Virus record (IMG/VR): IMGVR_UViG_3300012890_000001
Location: 2,278 to 66,277 of that record
Direction: 5' to 3' (one strand)
DNA from: a virus
Taxonomy: Duplodnaviria > Caudoviricetes
DNA length: 64,000 nt
Shown here: piece by piece, positions 38,829 to 47,511 of the stretch
How the letters are laid out: each line of letters opens with the position of its first letter
How positions within the stretch are numbered: the first letter of the stretch is position 1
The notes under the pieces: generated by a model
Told to the model about the DNA's origin: nothing
What the model saw: the letters and a program-made list of their open reading frames with translations, nothing else
Databases searched by the model: none
Made by a program: the position numbers and the translations under genes

Positions 38829-38865
38829 ACACACAGGTTACACCGGGCAAGTGAGGTATTGCAAG

Positions 38866-39618
38866 ATGCACCGGAACCCCGCTCCAAACTTGTATGAGAT
38901 CGCTGCTCAGAACCTGCTCGCCGCTGGCATCACTGACGTTGACCGGGCCTATGCCTTTTACTTCAACTTGCCACCCCGGACCGTGCGCCGAATCTTTGAG
39001 CGCTGTCAGTGCCTAATGGGTAATGTCTTGACTTCAGGGTCAAAAGAAAAAACATACCCATTAGGCACTACCGAAATGACCGACCTGACGGCGGCGGCGA
39101 AGGAGGCCGGCATCCCAGCGAAGGTGGCATTGAGCGCCGTACTGCGGTTCGGGAATCCGGTCGAGCGGGTGCGGGAGGTGCTGCGGGACATCCGGGCATT
39201 GATCGTGTATCAGTGCGCGCCGAGGAATGCGCCGGGGCTGTTCGTGAGCCTGATGCGCTCTGGGGAGGGCGTGGTACTCCCTGAGCGGGTGGTGCTGGCT
39301 CGGCAGGTGGTCAAGCCCGAATCTGCCGTCCAGTCCGGTACTTCTAACCTTCGGGCGGCGAAAGAGCAGGCGGCGGCGGCGGCCCAGATGCTCCTCGACG
39401 CCTCCGCCCAGGCTTCTCCCGCTGAGCAGTGGGCGCAGCGGGGGGCGGGGCTGCGGTTGCTCCTGCGGGGACTCCTGAGTGCGCCGGAGTTGCTGCAGTT
39501 GGAGCAGGCGTGCCAGCAGGGGAGACTGCTCACGGCCGACCTGGCACGGTCGGCAGCGGCAGCCAAAGCGGGCGGAGGGCTCAACGGGTGGGCGAGAGAA
39601 CTGAAGGCTACCCTCTAG
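38866..39618 (+). CDS. Putative plasmid replication initiator
   Basis: Divergent from parA; RNAPGLFVSLMR resembles the C-terminal NP.G motif of initiators; AT-rich internal patch. Confidence 0.5.
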   Translation: MHRNPAPNLYEIAAQNLLAAGITDVDRAYAFYFNLPPRTVRRIFERCQCLMGNVLTSGSKEKTYPLGTTEMTDLTAAAKEAGIPAKVALSAVLRFGNPVERVREVLRDIRALIVYQCAPRNAPGLFVSLMRSGEGVVLPERVVLARQVVKPESAVQSGTSNLRAAKEQAAAAAQMLLDASAQASPAEQWAQRGAGLRLLLRGLLSAPELLQLEQACQQGRLLTADLARSAAAAKAGGGLNGWARELKATL

Positions 39619-39874
39619 GCCAAGGCTGGTCATCCAACCAATTGAGAAACTGCTGCACGTCTTCCGGGCCGTACCCCTGCGCCATGGCTTCATCGGTCAG
39701 GTAATGTTCTCGGATGTGCTTCCCGAGGGTCAGGCGTTGCTCGGTCTCGGTCAGGCTGCCAAGGTACTGGAAGACGCGCCGCCGTAGGAGTTCGTCTCTG
39801 ATACCACTATCGGTACATCCGGCGTCGTAGGCGCTTAGGCCATCCAAGGCGTCAAACAGTTCAGGCTCGGTCAT
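39608..39874 (-). CDS. Hypothetical protein
   Basis: Last ORF of leftward operon. Confidence 0.55.
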   Translation of the reverse strand: MTEPELFDALDGLSAYDAGCTDSGIRDELLRRRVFQYLGSLTETEQRLTLGKHIREHYLTDEAMAQGYGPEDVQQFLNWLDDQPWPRG

Positions 39875-39908
39875 GCCTTCACCTCTGTCGGGGTCAGCCC
39901 TATCCCAC

Positions 39909-40373
39909 TCACAGCCCGTGCCCAAACTTGACCAACAGGAAGGCTTTCAATGCGGCCTCAGCCATGGTGCTAGCGTCCTGCACCTCGGCCCACTTGCCCG
40001 CATATCGCGCGTAGCCCCAGAACTCAGCGTTTAGGTCTCTCCACGCGCCCGCCTCCGACATCTCAATTGCGCTCTCAGCTCGGAGCTGTCCGACACTAAT
40101 AAGCACGCCCATCTTGCAGGCGTCCTGCATCAGTGCAGCGGTGAACATGGCCTCGCGTCCTGTCGTCCCACATCCACCGACGAGGATATCCACGTCTTCA
40201 TAAGAGTGACCCAGTTCTGCGAACCAATGCTGGGGCGGCGGGTTACTTGAGTAGCCCAGAGCGTCCCCAACTTCCCAGTCCCCGACCTCCTTCAAAAAGG
40301 TGAGGGCGAGTGGGAACAGAACTTTTATCGGGGCGGCCTCAATCTGGGCTGCTGTGAGCGGGGCAGTGGTCAT
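39909..40373 (-). CDS. Hypothetical protein
   Basis: GGAG RBS. Confidence 0.6.
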   Translation of the reverse strand: MTTAPLTAAQIEAAPIKVLFPLALTFLKEVGDWEVGDALGYSSNPPPQHWFAELGHSYEDVDILVGGCGTTGREAMFTAALMQDACKMGVLISVGQLRAESAIEMSEAGAWRDLNAEFWGYARYAGKWAEVQDASTMAEAALKAFLLVKFGHGL

Positions 40374-40491
40374 ATCGTTCTCCGTTGAAAAGTTGAGAGG
40401 TGCAATATTCGGATGAAGGATCTCCTGCTTAAGGCGGGTTGTCGGGTATAAGTTCGGCTTGCCCTTGGAATCTGAGGGCGAGCCGATAAAT

Positions 40492-40992
40492 CTATTGGGC
40501 TCTCAGCCAAGCGAGGCGGCCGACGAGGCCATCCATCCACCGCTTGAAGTCTTGGGGCGCCATGTCATGCTTTGCCCGGTTGCAGGGTTCGCAGCAGGGG
40601 TACAGGTTATCCAAGCTGTGAGCACCTCCGAGTGCGAGTGGCACATGATGGTCAAGGCTGAAGCCCCAGATATCAGAAGCGGGCACGCCGCAATAGGAGC
40701 AATGCGTGGCCGCCAGAAGCTTGAGAGCGGCGGCGGGGGCGATTGTGCCGTGCCATGCGGCAGGAAACCGCTTCTGGACATACTGCTCAGTCGAGAGCAT
40801 CAGCTGACGCGCCCGCGTCTTCGGATTGACGTTGTATTGCTCGCGCTGCCAGATCGTATGACAGGCTCGGCACTCATGGGGAAAGTAGCGGGTAATCTTC
40901 CCCTTGTAGTTCGTGTCCCTGCCTTTGTAGAACTCGTCAGTCAAAGGCTTGGTTTCACCGCACACCTTGCAGGTTCTGGTATCGTCTGTCAT
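40492..40992 (-). CDS. HNH endonuclease with N-terminal zinc ribbon
   Basis: CKVCGETKPLTDEF, CRAC, CSYCG, LDHHVPLALGGAHSLDNL..CC..CN..K; AGGAGG RBS. Confidence 0.9.
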   Translation of the reverse strand: MTDDTRTCKVCGETKPLTDEFYKGRDTNYKGKITRYFPHECRACHTIWQREQYNVNPKTRARQLMLSTEQYVQKRFPAAWHGTIAPAAALKLLAATHCSYCGVPASDIWGFSLDHHVPLALGGAHSLDNLYPCCEPCNRAKHDMAPQDFKRWMDGLVGRLAWLRAQ

Positions 40993-41102
40993 GTCGTCAC
41001 CCCTCCTATGGGTTTCGGCCAACCCCGGGTGCTGACTTCCACGAAAGCACGCCGGGTTTAACATGCCTATTTTACCGTCTGGGACGGCATTTAGCAAGCT
41101 TT

Positions 41103-41306
41103 TCATACCGCCCAGACCCGGTGCGCGACCGTGCCCCACTCCAGCTCCGGCACAGGCCACACCACGATCAAACCCCGGTGGTAGAGGACAGCCAGGGCGT
41201 CGATCAGCGCCCCTCTCGGCCAGCCCAAGCCCGCGCGGAGACCGGAGAAAGACTTACCGGGTGTGCTGCGGACGAACGAGAGGAGCCAGCGAGCGGCGCG
41301 GGTCAT
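41103..41306 (-). CDS. Small winged-helix-like protein
   Basis: LL.FV...PG.SF..L...LG.......AL..L...GLI. Confidence 0.55.
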   Translation of the reverse strand: MTRAARWLLSFVRSTPGKSFSGLRAGLGWPRGALIDALAVLYHRGLIVVWPVPELEWGTVAHRVWAV

Positions 41307-41863
41307 CTTTCACCGCCGCTCATGTGAATCAGCACGTGGGGCGCATCGCTGTAGAGCGGGCTGTGGTGATAGCCGTACACCCACTTGTCACCGTCGGGAA
41401 ACAGCGCGTCAACGATTCCCTTCCTGACGTTTTCCGGGTCGGCATGAACGCCGCTGCCGAAGTAGCACCACACGTCCAGGCGCACAGGGCACGCTGCGGT
41501 CGCCCGTGGCACGCTGAGGGTGCGTTCCCTGACGTGATCCTTCCAGGCTTCGTATTCCTTTTTCCGGCTCCAGTTCGGATTAGAGCCGGTGGTGTAGTAG
41601 CCCACCAGCTTCAGGACCGGCGGCTTTGTCGGGTCAGGCTGCCGGGTCTTGCCTCTGCCGGTGTACGCGGGGCAGGGCATGGCCCGAACGATCCAACCAG
41701 TGAGACCAGCGGGCTTAGATTCAATCGGTAGCGCACCGCCTTGAACGCCATAGCGGCCCTCTTCCGCCTGCGGGGGCAAGCCGGCCTTCTTCGCCCCTCC
41801 CAGGTCCACCCGCGCTGCCAGCTCCGGGTGACGCTCGGCGTACCCCTTCAGGTCGATCTTCAC
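41303..41863 (-). CDS. rusA: RusA-like Holliday junction resolvase
   Basis: HADPENVRKGIVDAL...DK.V catalytic pattern. Confidence 0.7.
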   Translation of the reverse strand: MKIDLKGYAERHPELAARVDLGGAKKAGLPPQAEEGRYGVQGGALPIESKPAGLTGWIVRAMPCPAYTGRGKTRQPDPTKPPVLKLVGYYTTGSNPNWSRKKEYEAWKDHVRERTLSVPRATAACPVRLDVWCYFGSGVHADPENVRKGIVDALFPDGDKWVYGYHHSPLYSDAPHVLIHMSGGER

Positions 41864-42120
41864 GCCGCCCTCCCCGCCCGCAGTGCGGCTCTCTCAGCCA
41901 GCGTGCGCTTGATGCTGCAGCGGGTGACCCGCCCGTGCCGGAACCACACCACCCACACCTCGCCTGTCGGCATCGTCAGGCGGCTGCTCAGGCTGCCGTT
42001 CACCCCGTCCACCAGTTCCCCCTGCTCGATGACGTGCCGGATGGCCTGCTCAGCCTCGGCGAGGCTCACCCGCCAGATGCTCACGGCGTGGGCGAGAGCA
42101 TCTGGGGAGAGGTGCATCAC
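41860..42120 (-). CDS. Hypothetical protein
   Basis: Coupled ORF. Confidence 0.55.
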   Translation of the reverse strand: MMHLSPDALAHAVSIWRVSLAEAEQAIRHVIEQGELVDGVNGSLSSRLTMPTGEVWVVWFRHGRVTRCSIKRTLAERAALRAGRAA

Positions 42121-43154
42121 AGCAGGCTCCGACTAAGGCGCTTCTGGGCCTGCGCCGCACCCTGGGAAAGCAGGCGGCGCAACTCTGCGGGCCCTTCTTT
42201 GACCAGCACCTCGTTCTTGTCTCCGATGTTCGGCATGACGTGCAGGGCGCGGCCCTCGTCAGCGGCCCAGGCCTGCGCGTCCCTCACGGCCTTCTGCCCG
42301 GCCTCGTCCACATCCAGGCAGAGGTACAAGCGGCGCCCGGCCAGGGCTTCATGCTGCAGCCGCTTCCAGTGGGTCGCCCCTGGAATGCCGATCACGTTCA
42401 CCTCCCCCTCAAAGGCTGCCCAGACGCTCAGGCAGTCCGTCTCCCCCTCGACCACCAGCACGGCCCGCGCGTCTCCGGCCAGCTCCCGCAACCCATACGG
42501 CGCCGTGCCCGTTCCGGCAAGGTTGCGCATCTCGCGCCCATCGCCCTTCTGCAGCAGGTTCCGGCCCTTCAGGGCCAGCAACCGGCCGGCGTGCCAGGTC
42601 GGGAGGGTGAGCATGTCCCGCCAGATCGTGCCGGGGAGACGGGCGCTCACCGTGCGGTCGGCCACGCCCAGCCGGTAGTGCAGGGCGGCACCGGCCAGCC
42701 CCCGGCCTTCCAGGTAGCGGAGGGCGGCCTGCGCTTCCGGTGTGGCCGCTGCCTGCAGGGCCTCCTCACAGCGGGTGGCGAACACCGCGTGGTCATTCGG
42801 GTCGGCCCGGGTCAGGGTGGGCAGCGGGCGGTACTCGACGCGCCGCACTTCCCCGGCGAACTCCGAGGGGGCAGAGAGGCCCGCGAGAGAGGCGATCAGG
42901 GCCACTGCCTGATCGAGCTGCAGGCCCAGCCACTCCCGGGCCACCTTCAGCAGGTCATACCCAGCGTTGTCGTCCCCGAAGTCCACAATGTGATCCGGGT
43001 AGACGTAGGCCGAGGGGTTACGGTCGGGGTACACCGAGTCGGGCACACGAATCAGGCGGCTGTTGGGCACCTCGATCCCCGCCTGGGCGAGCAGGGCCGG
43101 CATGAGCGGGCGCTCCTTCAGGTGCTGATGGTAGAAGACGAGACTCGCGTTCAT
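42117..43154 (-). CDS. TOPRIM domain primase
   Basis: YLEGRGL, LVVEGETDCLS, GIPGA, LCLDVDEAGQ, GDKNE. Confidence 0.85.
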   Translation of the reverse strand: MNASLVFYHQHLKERPLMPALLAQAGIEVPNSRLIRVPDSVYPDRNPSAYVYPDHIVDFGDDNAGYDLLKVAREWLGLQLDQAVALIASLAGLSAPSEFAGEVRRVEYRPLPTLTRADPNDHAVFATRCEEALQAAATPEAQAALRYLEGRGLAGAALHYRLGVADRTVSARLPGTIWRDMLTLPTWHAGRLLALKGRNLLQKGDGREMRNLAGTGTAPYGLRELAGDARAVLVVEGETDCLSVWAAFEGEVNVIGIPGATHWKRLQHEALAGRRLYLCLDVDEAGQKAVRDAQAWAADEGRALHVMPNIGDKNEVLVKEGPAELRRLLSQGAAQAQKRLSRSLL

Positions 43155-44467
43155 AGCTCTCCTGGGATGTTGTGGGCGGGGTTGACCAGCGAGACGGGGA
43201 GGGTGAAGTCACCGGTTCGGCCCTGACGGTTCTTGTCCACCCGGCCGAGAATGTCCTGCGTGGCCTCGCCTCCGGCCTCGACGTTCGGGTTCTTCAGGCC
43301 GATAAAGACCGTGACGTGCCGGCGGGGCTGGTCACTGTCAGCCACGTGATGGCCTCTGGCAATGCCGTCGCCCTCTTCCAGCGCCGAGCGGTTCGCCTGG
43401 GCCAGCAGCACCGTGTGGTGGCCGGTAGCGCGGTCGGACTGTCGGATGATCTGCGTGAGCTTGCCCAGCTGGTAGCGGCGCTCCATGCGCTCCTCCCGCT
43501 GGTCCCAGGTCATGTGGTCCAGGTTCTCGATCACGCTCAGCCGCACGCCCTTCGCGGCCTTCATGGCGAGGTGGACACGCAACTCGTGCTGGTCCATATC
43601 TGGGCTGCTATCGTCCAGTTCGAGGGGCAGGCTGTGCAGCTTCTGCTCGGCCCACATCAGGCGCTCCCGGATGGTCTCGCGCGGCCGGATGCCCTTCGGG
43701 GCGATCACGCCCTCCAGATTCAGGCTCTCCCGCATGTTCAGCCCGGCGAGGTGGTGCACCATGCGCTCGGTGATCTGGAAGGCGGAGGCGTCGGCCAGCA
43801 CGTTGTAGTGCGTCAGGTGGCCCTGCATGGCACTGCTGAGGGCGATCTGAATGCCCAGGGCGGTCTTGGCGTGCCCGGAGGGGGCGGCGATCAGCACGGT
43901 CTCCCCGTCGGAGTCCGACACCGGCAGGCCCTTCCAGCGGAGCAGCTGGTCAATGGAGGGATGCAGGCGGATCACACCGTTGGGTTTCTGTCGCATGGCG
44001 TCCAGGTGCTCGACCACGCTGCCGATCTGGGCCACGTGCCGGTAGCCGGCGGTGCTCACGGTAGCCGCACTGAGGGCCTCCGAGAGGTTGGAGGCGACGG
44101 TGAGCGCCGGGAGGTCTTGCAGCTCGCCCTCGGCCTTCCTGAGCGCTCCCAGGACTTCCCCGCGCCGGCCCTGCTCGGCCACTTCCTGCAGGCCGATGCG
44201 GATGTTCTCAATCGGGTCGGTGCGGCGCAGGGTCTCCAGAATCTTCGTTACATCCGGCATCTGGGCGATCAGGGTGCTGAACCCGAAGGCGCGGCCGGCC
44301 TGAAGGTGCGTCTGCACGGCCTCCGCTACGCGCCGGGTGGCCGGGTCGCCCCAGTGGTGGGACCGCACGTCCTGCATCAGCATGGCGGCCTTCATGGTCT
44401 CCGGCTCGTCCCATTTCGGGCTTTCCCGGACGAGGGCGCTCAGCACCTGGTGGGCCAGGGCGGTCAT
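43151..44467 (-). CDS. DnaB-like replicative helicase
   Basis: LIAAPSGHAKTAL, LLAQANR, DKNRQGRTG. Confidence 0.8.
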   Translation of the reverse strand: MTALAHQVLSALVRESPKWDEPETMKAAMLMQDVRSHHWGDPATRRVAEAVQTHLQAGRAFGFSTLIAQMPDVTKILETLRRTDPIENIRIGLQEVAEQGRRGEVLGALRKAEGELQDLPALTVASNLSEALSAATVSTAGYRHVAQIGSVVEHLDAMRQKPNGVIRLHPSIDQLLRWKGLPVSDSDGETVLIAAPSGHAKTALGIQIALSSAMQGHLTHYNVLADASAFQITERMVHHLAGLNMRESLNLEGVIAPKGIRPRETIRERLMWAEQKLHSLPLELDDSSPDMDQHELRVHLAMKAAKGVRLSVIENLDHMTWDQREERMERRYQLGKLTQIIRQSDRATGHHTVLLAQANRSALEEGDGIARGHHVADSDQPRRHVTVFIGLKNPNVEAGGEATQDILGRVDKNRQGRTGDFTLPVSLVNPAHNIPGEL

Positions 44468-45240
44468 TTGACCACGCCGATTTCTTCCATCCAGGTCATG
44501 AAGTCGTAATCCTTCAGATCGGGAGCGGCTGGGACGGGGTTGAGCCGGATGTTCTGCGGCCGGGCGGCCCAACTTTCAGCCTTGCCGATGTACTTTTCTC
44601 CGGCCAGCAGGTTGTCGAGGTTGTACTTCCGCTCCCGCCAGAAGCTGTCGGCGGCCACTTCCAGCGTGGCGCTCCGCATGACCCGCTCCGCGTCTGCGCC
44701 AAGCGCGGCGGCGATCTGGTCCAACTTCTTCAAGCGCTTCTCGGTCGGTTCTGCTTTCGGGAGCTGCCCTCGGTGGTCATTCCAGAGGCTGAGAAGGAAT
44801 GAAGCTGCCGGGGTGTGCTTTGCCTTCTCACTGCGCTTGTCGGCGTCAGCCGACGTATGTGTTTTTTGTTCTTCTCTTACTTCCATTACTTCTCTTACTT
44901 CAGGGACTGCTTTTTCTTCGTGCTGGACGGGCTCCAGAGGGGTCGCAGGGTGAGTAGATTTGCGCAATGGCTGCGCAACGGCTGCGCAAGCGCCGCGCAA
45001 GCTGTGTACGCCGTCTGTACTCTCGATGTACGTCAGCTGCCGCAGGCGGGCGAGGCTGGTCTGGATGGTTCGCAGGTCCAGGCCGGTCGCGTCGATCAAC
45101 TCTCCGAGGCTGACGGTGGAGCGCTTGTAGTTGGCGCGGCGGGCGATCCGGCTCAGGACCTTGATGTCACTGGCAAGGGTCAGGCCGTCAATCGCGTCCA
45201 AGACCCAGTTGGGCATGATGGTCTCTTCGCCGCGCTTCAC
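44464..45240 (-). CDS. Phage replication initiator (lambda O-like, winged HTH)
   Basis: N-terminal SLGELIDATGLDLRTIQTSLARL...YI; C-terminal W...lP......R...FW....NLD.LL; internal iterons. Confidence 0.75.
   Translation of the reverse strand: MKRGEETIMPNWVLDAIDGLTLASDIKVLSRIARRANYKRSTVSLGELIDATGLDLRTIQTSLARLRQLTYIESTDGVHSLRGACAAVAQPLRKSTHPATPLEPVQHEEKAVPEVREVMEVREEQKTHTSADADKRSEKAKHTPAASFLLSLWNDHRGQLPKAEPTEKRLKKLDQIAAALGADAERVMRSATLEVAADSFWRERKYNLDNLLAGEKYIGKAESWAARPQNIRLNPVPAAPDLKDYDFMTWMEEIGVVK
44858..45003. repeat. Putative lytic origin: four 11-bp iterons plus pyrimidine/AT-rich tract
   Basis: TTGCGCAATGG CTGCGCAACGG CTGCGCAAGCG CCGCGCAAGCT at 44960-45003; CTTCTCTTACTTC twice in T-rich tract at 44858-44920. 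Confidence 0.65.
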
Positions 45241-45415
45241 AGCCGCTCCAGCATGCGGGTGCAGCAGGTCTCTCCGACCCAGGCCACCACCCGCTGCCGG
45301 AAGGCCGGCGGGGTGGTCTCTTCCAGGCGGGCGCAGGTGGTGACGATGGCGGCGTCTGAGCGCATGGCGCCCATCAGGCGATCTGACCAGACGATGAAGC
45401 GGGCGCGGTCGGCGG

Positions 45416-46165
45416 TCATGCGGTCCTCGCAGCGGCCCACTGGCCGATCAGTTCGGCGCGGGCGTCCTCGTCGGTGCAGGCCTTGAGTCTGTTGAGCACG
45501 CCGCGTGCCTCGCCCTCCGTGAGGTCTTTGGTGCTGGCGAGGCCGGGGATGCCTGCGAGGTAGGCGACGAAGGAGATGGCGTTGTCTCGGTCGCTGGCCT
45601 TGAAGCCGAAGTCCTCACCGAGCTTCTTGTTGATGGCGATGACTTCCCCACTGGCCCGCGCCTGAGACTCCGCAGGGCGCTGGGTGGCCGTCTGGGCTGG
45701 CGCGGGTCTGCTGGCCTGCTGACGGGCTTGCTGTGCGGGCTGAGCCTGTGGCTGGCGGCTCTGGGTGGCCGCGTGCCCGTCGTCATCCTCTTGGGTGATG
45801 CCGAGCGCGGCGGCCAGCGAATACCGCCTCATGTACGTCAGCGCCGACCCGACCGCCTGGGCCGTCTCGGTCTTGGATTTCACGTCGAGGGCGGGAACTC
45901 GGAAATGCCCCTCAACCCACTCACCGCTGCTGTGAAGCAGGCGGGTCGTCAGGCCGATGTAGCCGGGCTCGTCGGTGGTGGGCATTTGGATCACAGCGAC
46001 TTGGTTCTCGATCAGGGCGTCTCGGCAGGCATCCCAGACGCTGCCGAGGTCGGCGTATTTGTTGCCCAGGTGGCTGTTCTTGGCCTCTTTCAGGGCGGGG
46101 CTCACGGTGGCCTGCACCTTGCAGAGCGCGGCGGCGATGTTGCTTAGAGCGTCGGAGGTCTTCAC
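45416..46165 (-). CDS. erf: ERF family single-strand annealing protein
   Basis: KYADL, TRLLHSSGEW, AQAVGSALTYMRRYSL...GI..EDDDG. Confidence 0.92.
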   Translation of the reverse strand: MKTSDALSNIAAALCKVQATVSPALKEAKNSHLGNKYADLGSVWDACRDALIENQVAVIQMPTTDEPGYIGLTTRLLHSSGEWVEGHFRVPALDVKSKTETAQAVGSALTYMRRYSLAAALGITQEDDDGHAATQSRQPQAQPAQQARQQASRPAPAQTATQRPAESQARASGEVIAINKKLGEDFGFKASDRDNAISFVAYLAGIPGLASTKDLTEGEARGVLNRLKACTDEDARAELIGQWAAARTA

Positions 46166-46340
46166 TGCGCTACCCCCAGGTTCACGGGCGGCTCGGTGCG
46201 CTCGACCTGCCGCAGGGCCTCTTTCGCGTTCCGAATGTCGCGGGAGGTGCCGGGCGTGCAGCGGCCCATGATGTTGCGCTGCCAGAGGGCATCACTGAGG
46301 GTGTTGCAGGCGGCGGTCCAGTTCGGGGTGACGTAGATCA

Positions 46341-46776
46341 TCAGAGGCTCCTCGTGCGGGCCAGCAGGCCGAAGGTGGCGGCCACCATGAGGACGGCCAC
46401 GCCCTTCTGGGTTGTGGTAGGGATGTAATCAGGGTTGGTCAGCCAGAGCCCGATGAGCAGTAGAGCCAGAGCGACCACGGCTAGCGCGTGCAGCGTGCCC
46501 CTCACAGCTCGTCCTCCAGGGGCGCGGTCAGGCACAGCGAGGCGAAGATCAGAAACAGCAGCAGCCAGAGGCCAGCGCCGAACAGGAGCCAGTTCACTGC
46601 GGGCTCCGGCGGGCGATGTGGGCGTCCAGGGCCTCGCGCTCGGCCAGGGTGAACGTGTAGGGCTGCGCGGCTCTCCAGGGGATGCACTTGCAGGTGGTGG
46701 CGTTGCACTCGTCGGCGTCGATGCACTGGGGCGGCGTGGGCAGGTCGTGCAGCTCGTCTCCCACGTAGCGGCTCAC
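46341..46776 (-). CDS. Cluster of very small ORFs (two hydrophobic, one Cys-rich)
   Basis: Overlapping start/stop codons; exact starts uncertain. Confidence 0.45.
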
Positions 46777-47141
46777 AGGTCGGCCTTTTTGATGCGGTCT
46801 GCGATCTGGGTGAAGGGTTCACGGTGTGGCCAGTTCGATCCATCGTTGAGATCGGACAGGAGCACGGGTTTGGGGTTGCCGTCAGAGTCGAAATCCCCGT
46901 TAGGGACAACTGGGTCGGCATCTATATCGGCCCACTTCTGAACTTCTGGTGGCAACTGGCCTGCGTCGGGGTCTAACTCGCCTTCTCTCCAATCCCGGCC
47001 CGTCTCCTTTGAATACAAATCAGTCAGTACGCCTAAGCAGCAGAACTTGTTGCCTTCCTTGAGTTGTCCTTCGCCCTGCTCGTACTCGCCACTTCGTAGG
47101 GCCTCAACCCAGCGGGCCTTGATGTCAGGCTTCATGCTCAC
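46773..47141 (-). CDS. Conserved phage hypothetical protein
   Basis: WVEALRSGEYEQG..L......CCLGVL...LND....F..IAD.I. Confidence 0.75.
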   Translation of the reverse strand: MSMKPDIKARWVEALRSGEYEQGEGQLKEGNKFCCLGVLTDLYSKETGRDWREGELDPDAGQLPPEVQKWADIDADPVVPNGDFDSDGNPKPVLLSDLNDGSNWPHREPFTQIADRIKKADL

Positions 47142-47380
47142 TTCCGGGCCTCCAGGTAGCCGCCGCAGGTGCTGAGGCTGGGGGTGAGGGCGCGGCAGTC
47201 GTTCCCTTCGCGGGTGACGTAGCCGTGGGTCTCGCGCTCACCGCAGACGATGCAGATGTACTGGGGAGCGGGGCGAGCCGAGGCGTTTGTGGGCTTGATC
47301 TGGTGTACACTGTTCATCGGAAATCTCCTTGTGCCCCCATTCGCGCCTTGTCCGGGCTTTTGCGTTTGGGGGTTTCCCAT
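47138..47380 (-). CDS. Small zinc-finger-like early protein
   Basis: CIVCG...C...CGG; first ORF after leftward promoter; true start may be the ATG after AAGGAG. Confidence 0.55.
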   Translation of the reverse strand: MGNPQTQKPGQGANGGTRRFPMNSVHQIKPTNASARPAPQYICIVCGERETHGYVTREGNDCRALTPSLSTCGGYLEARK

Positions 47381-47401
47381 GCACTCTGGCTTGGTAGAAA
47401 T

Positions 47402-47453
47402 AATCTACCACACAGGTAGGTAGCGTGCAACAGTGACACCGTTGTGGTAGATT
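47402..47453. promoter_or_regulatory. Left operator/promoter region
   Basis: Operator CTACCA-CAC-AGGTAG (47405-47419) inside leftward TTGCAC-17-TAGATT promoter; partial site 47436-47450 over rightward GTGCAA-17-TAGATT. Confidence 0.75.
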
Positions 47454-47511
47454 GCTGAGACCTAAGCAGACAGAAAGAGCGGAAGCCCTACGCTCAACCC
47501 CGGAGTTGACC

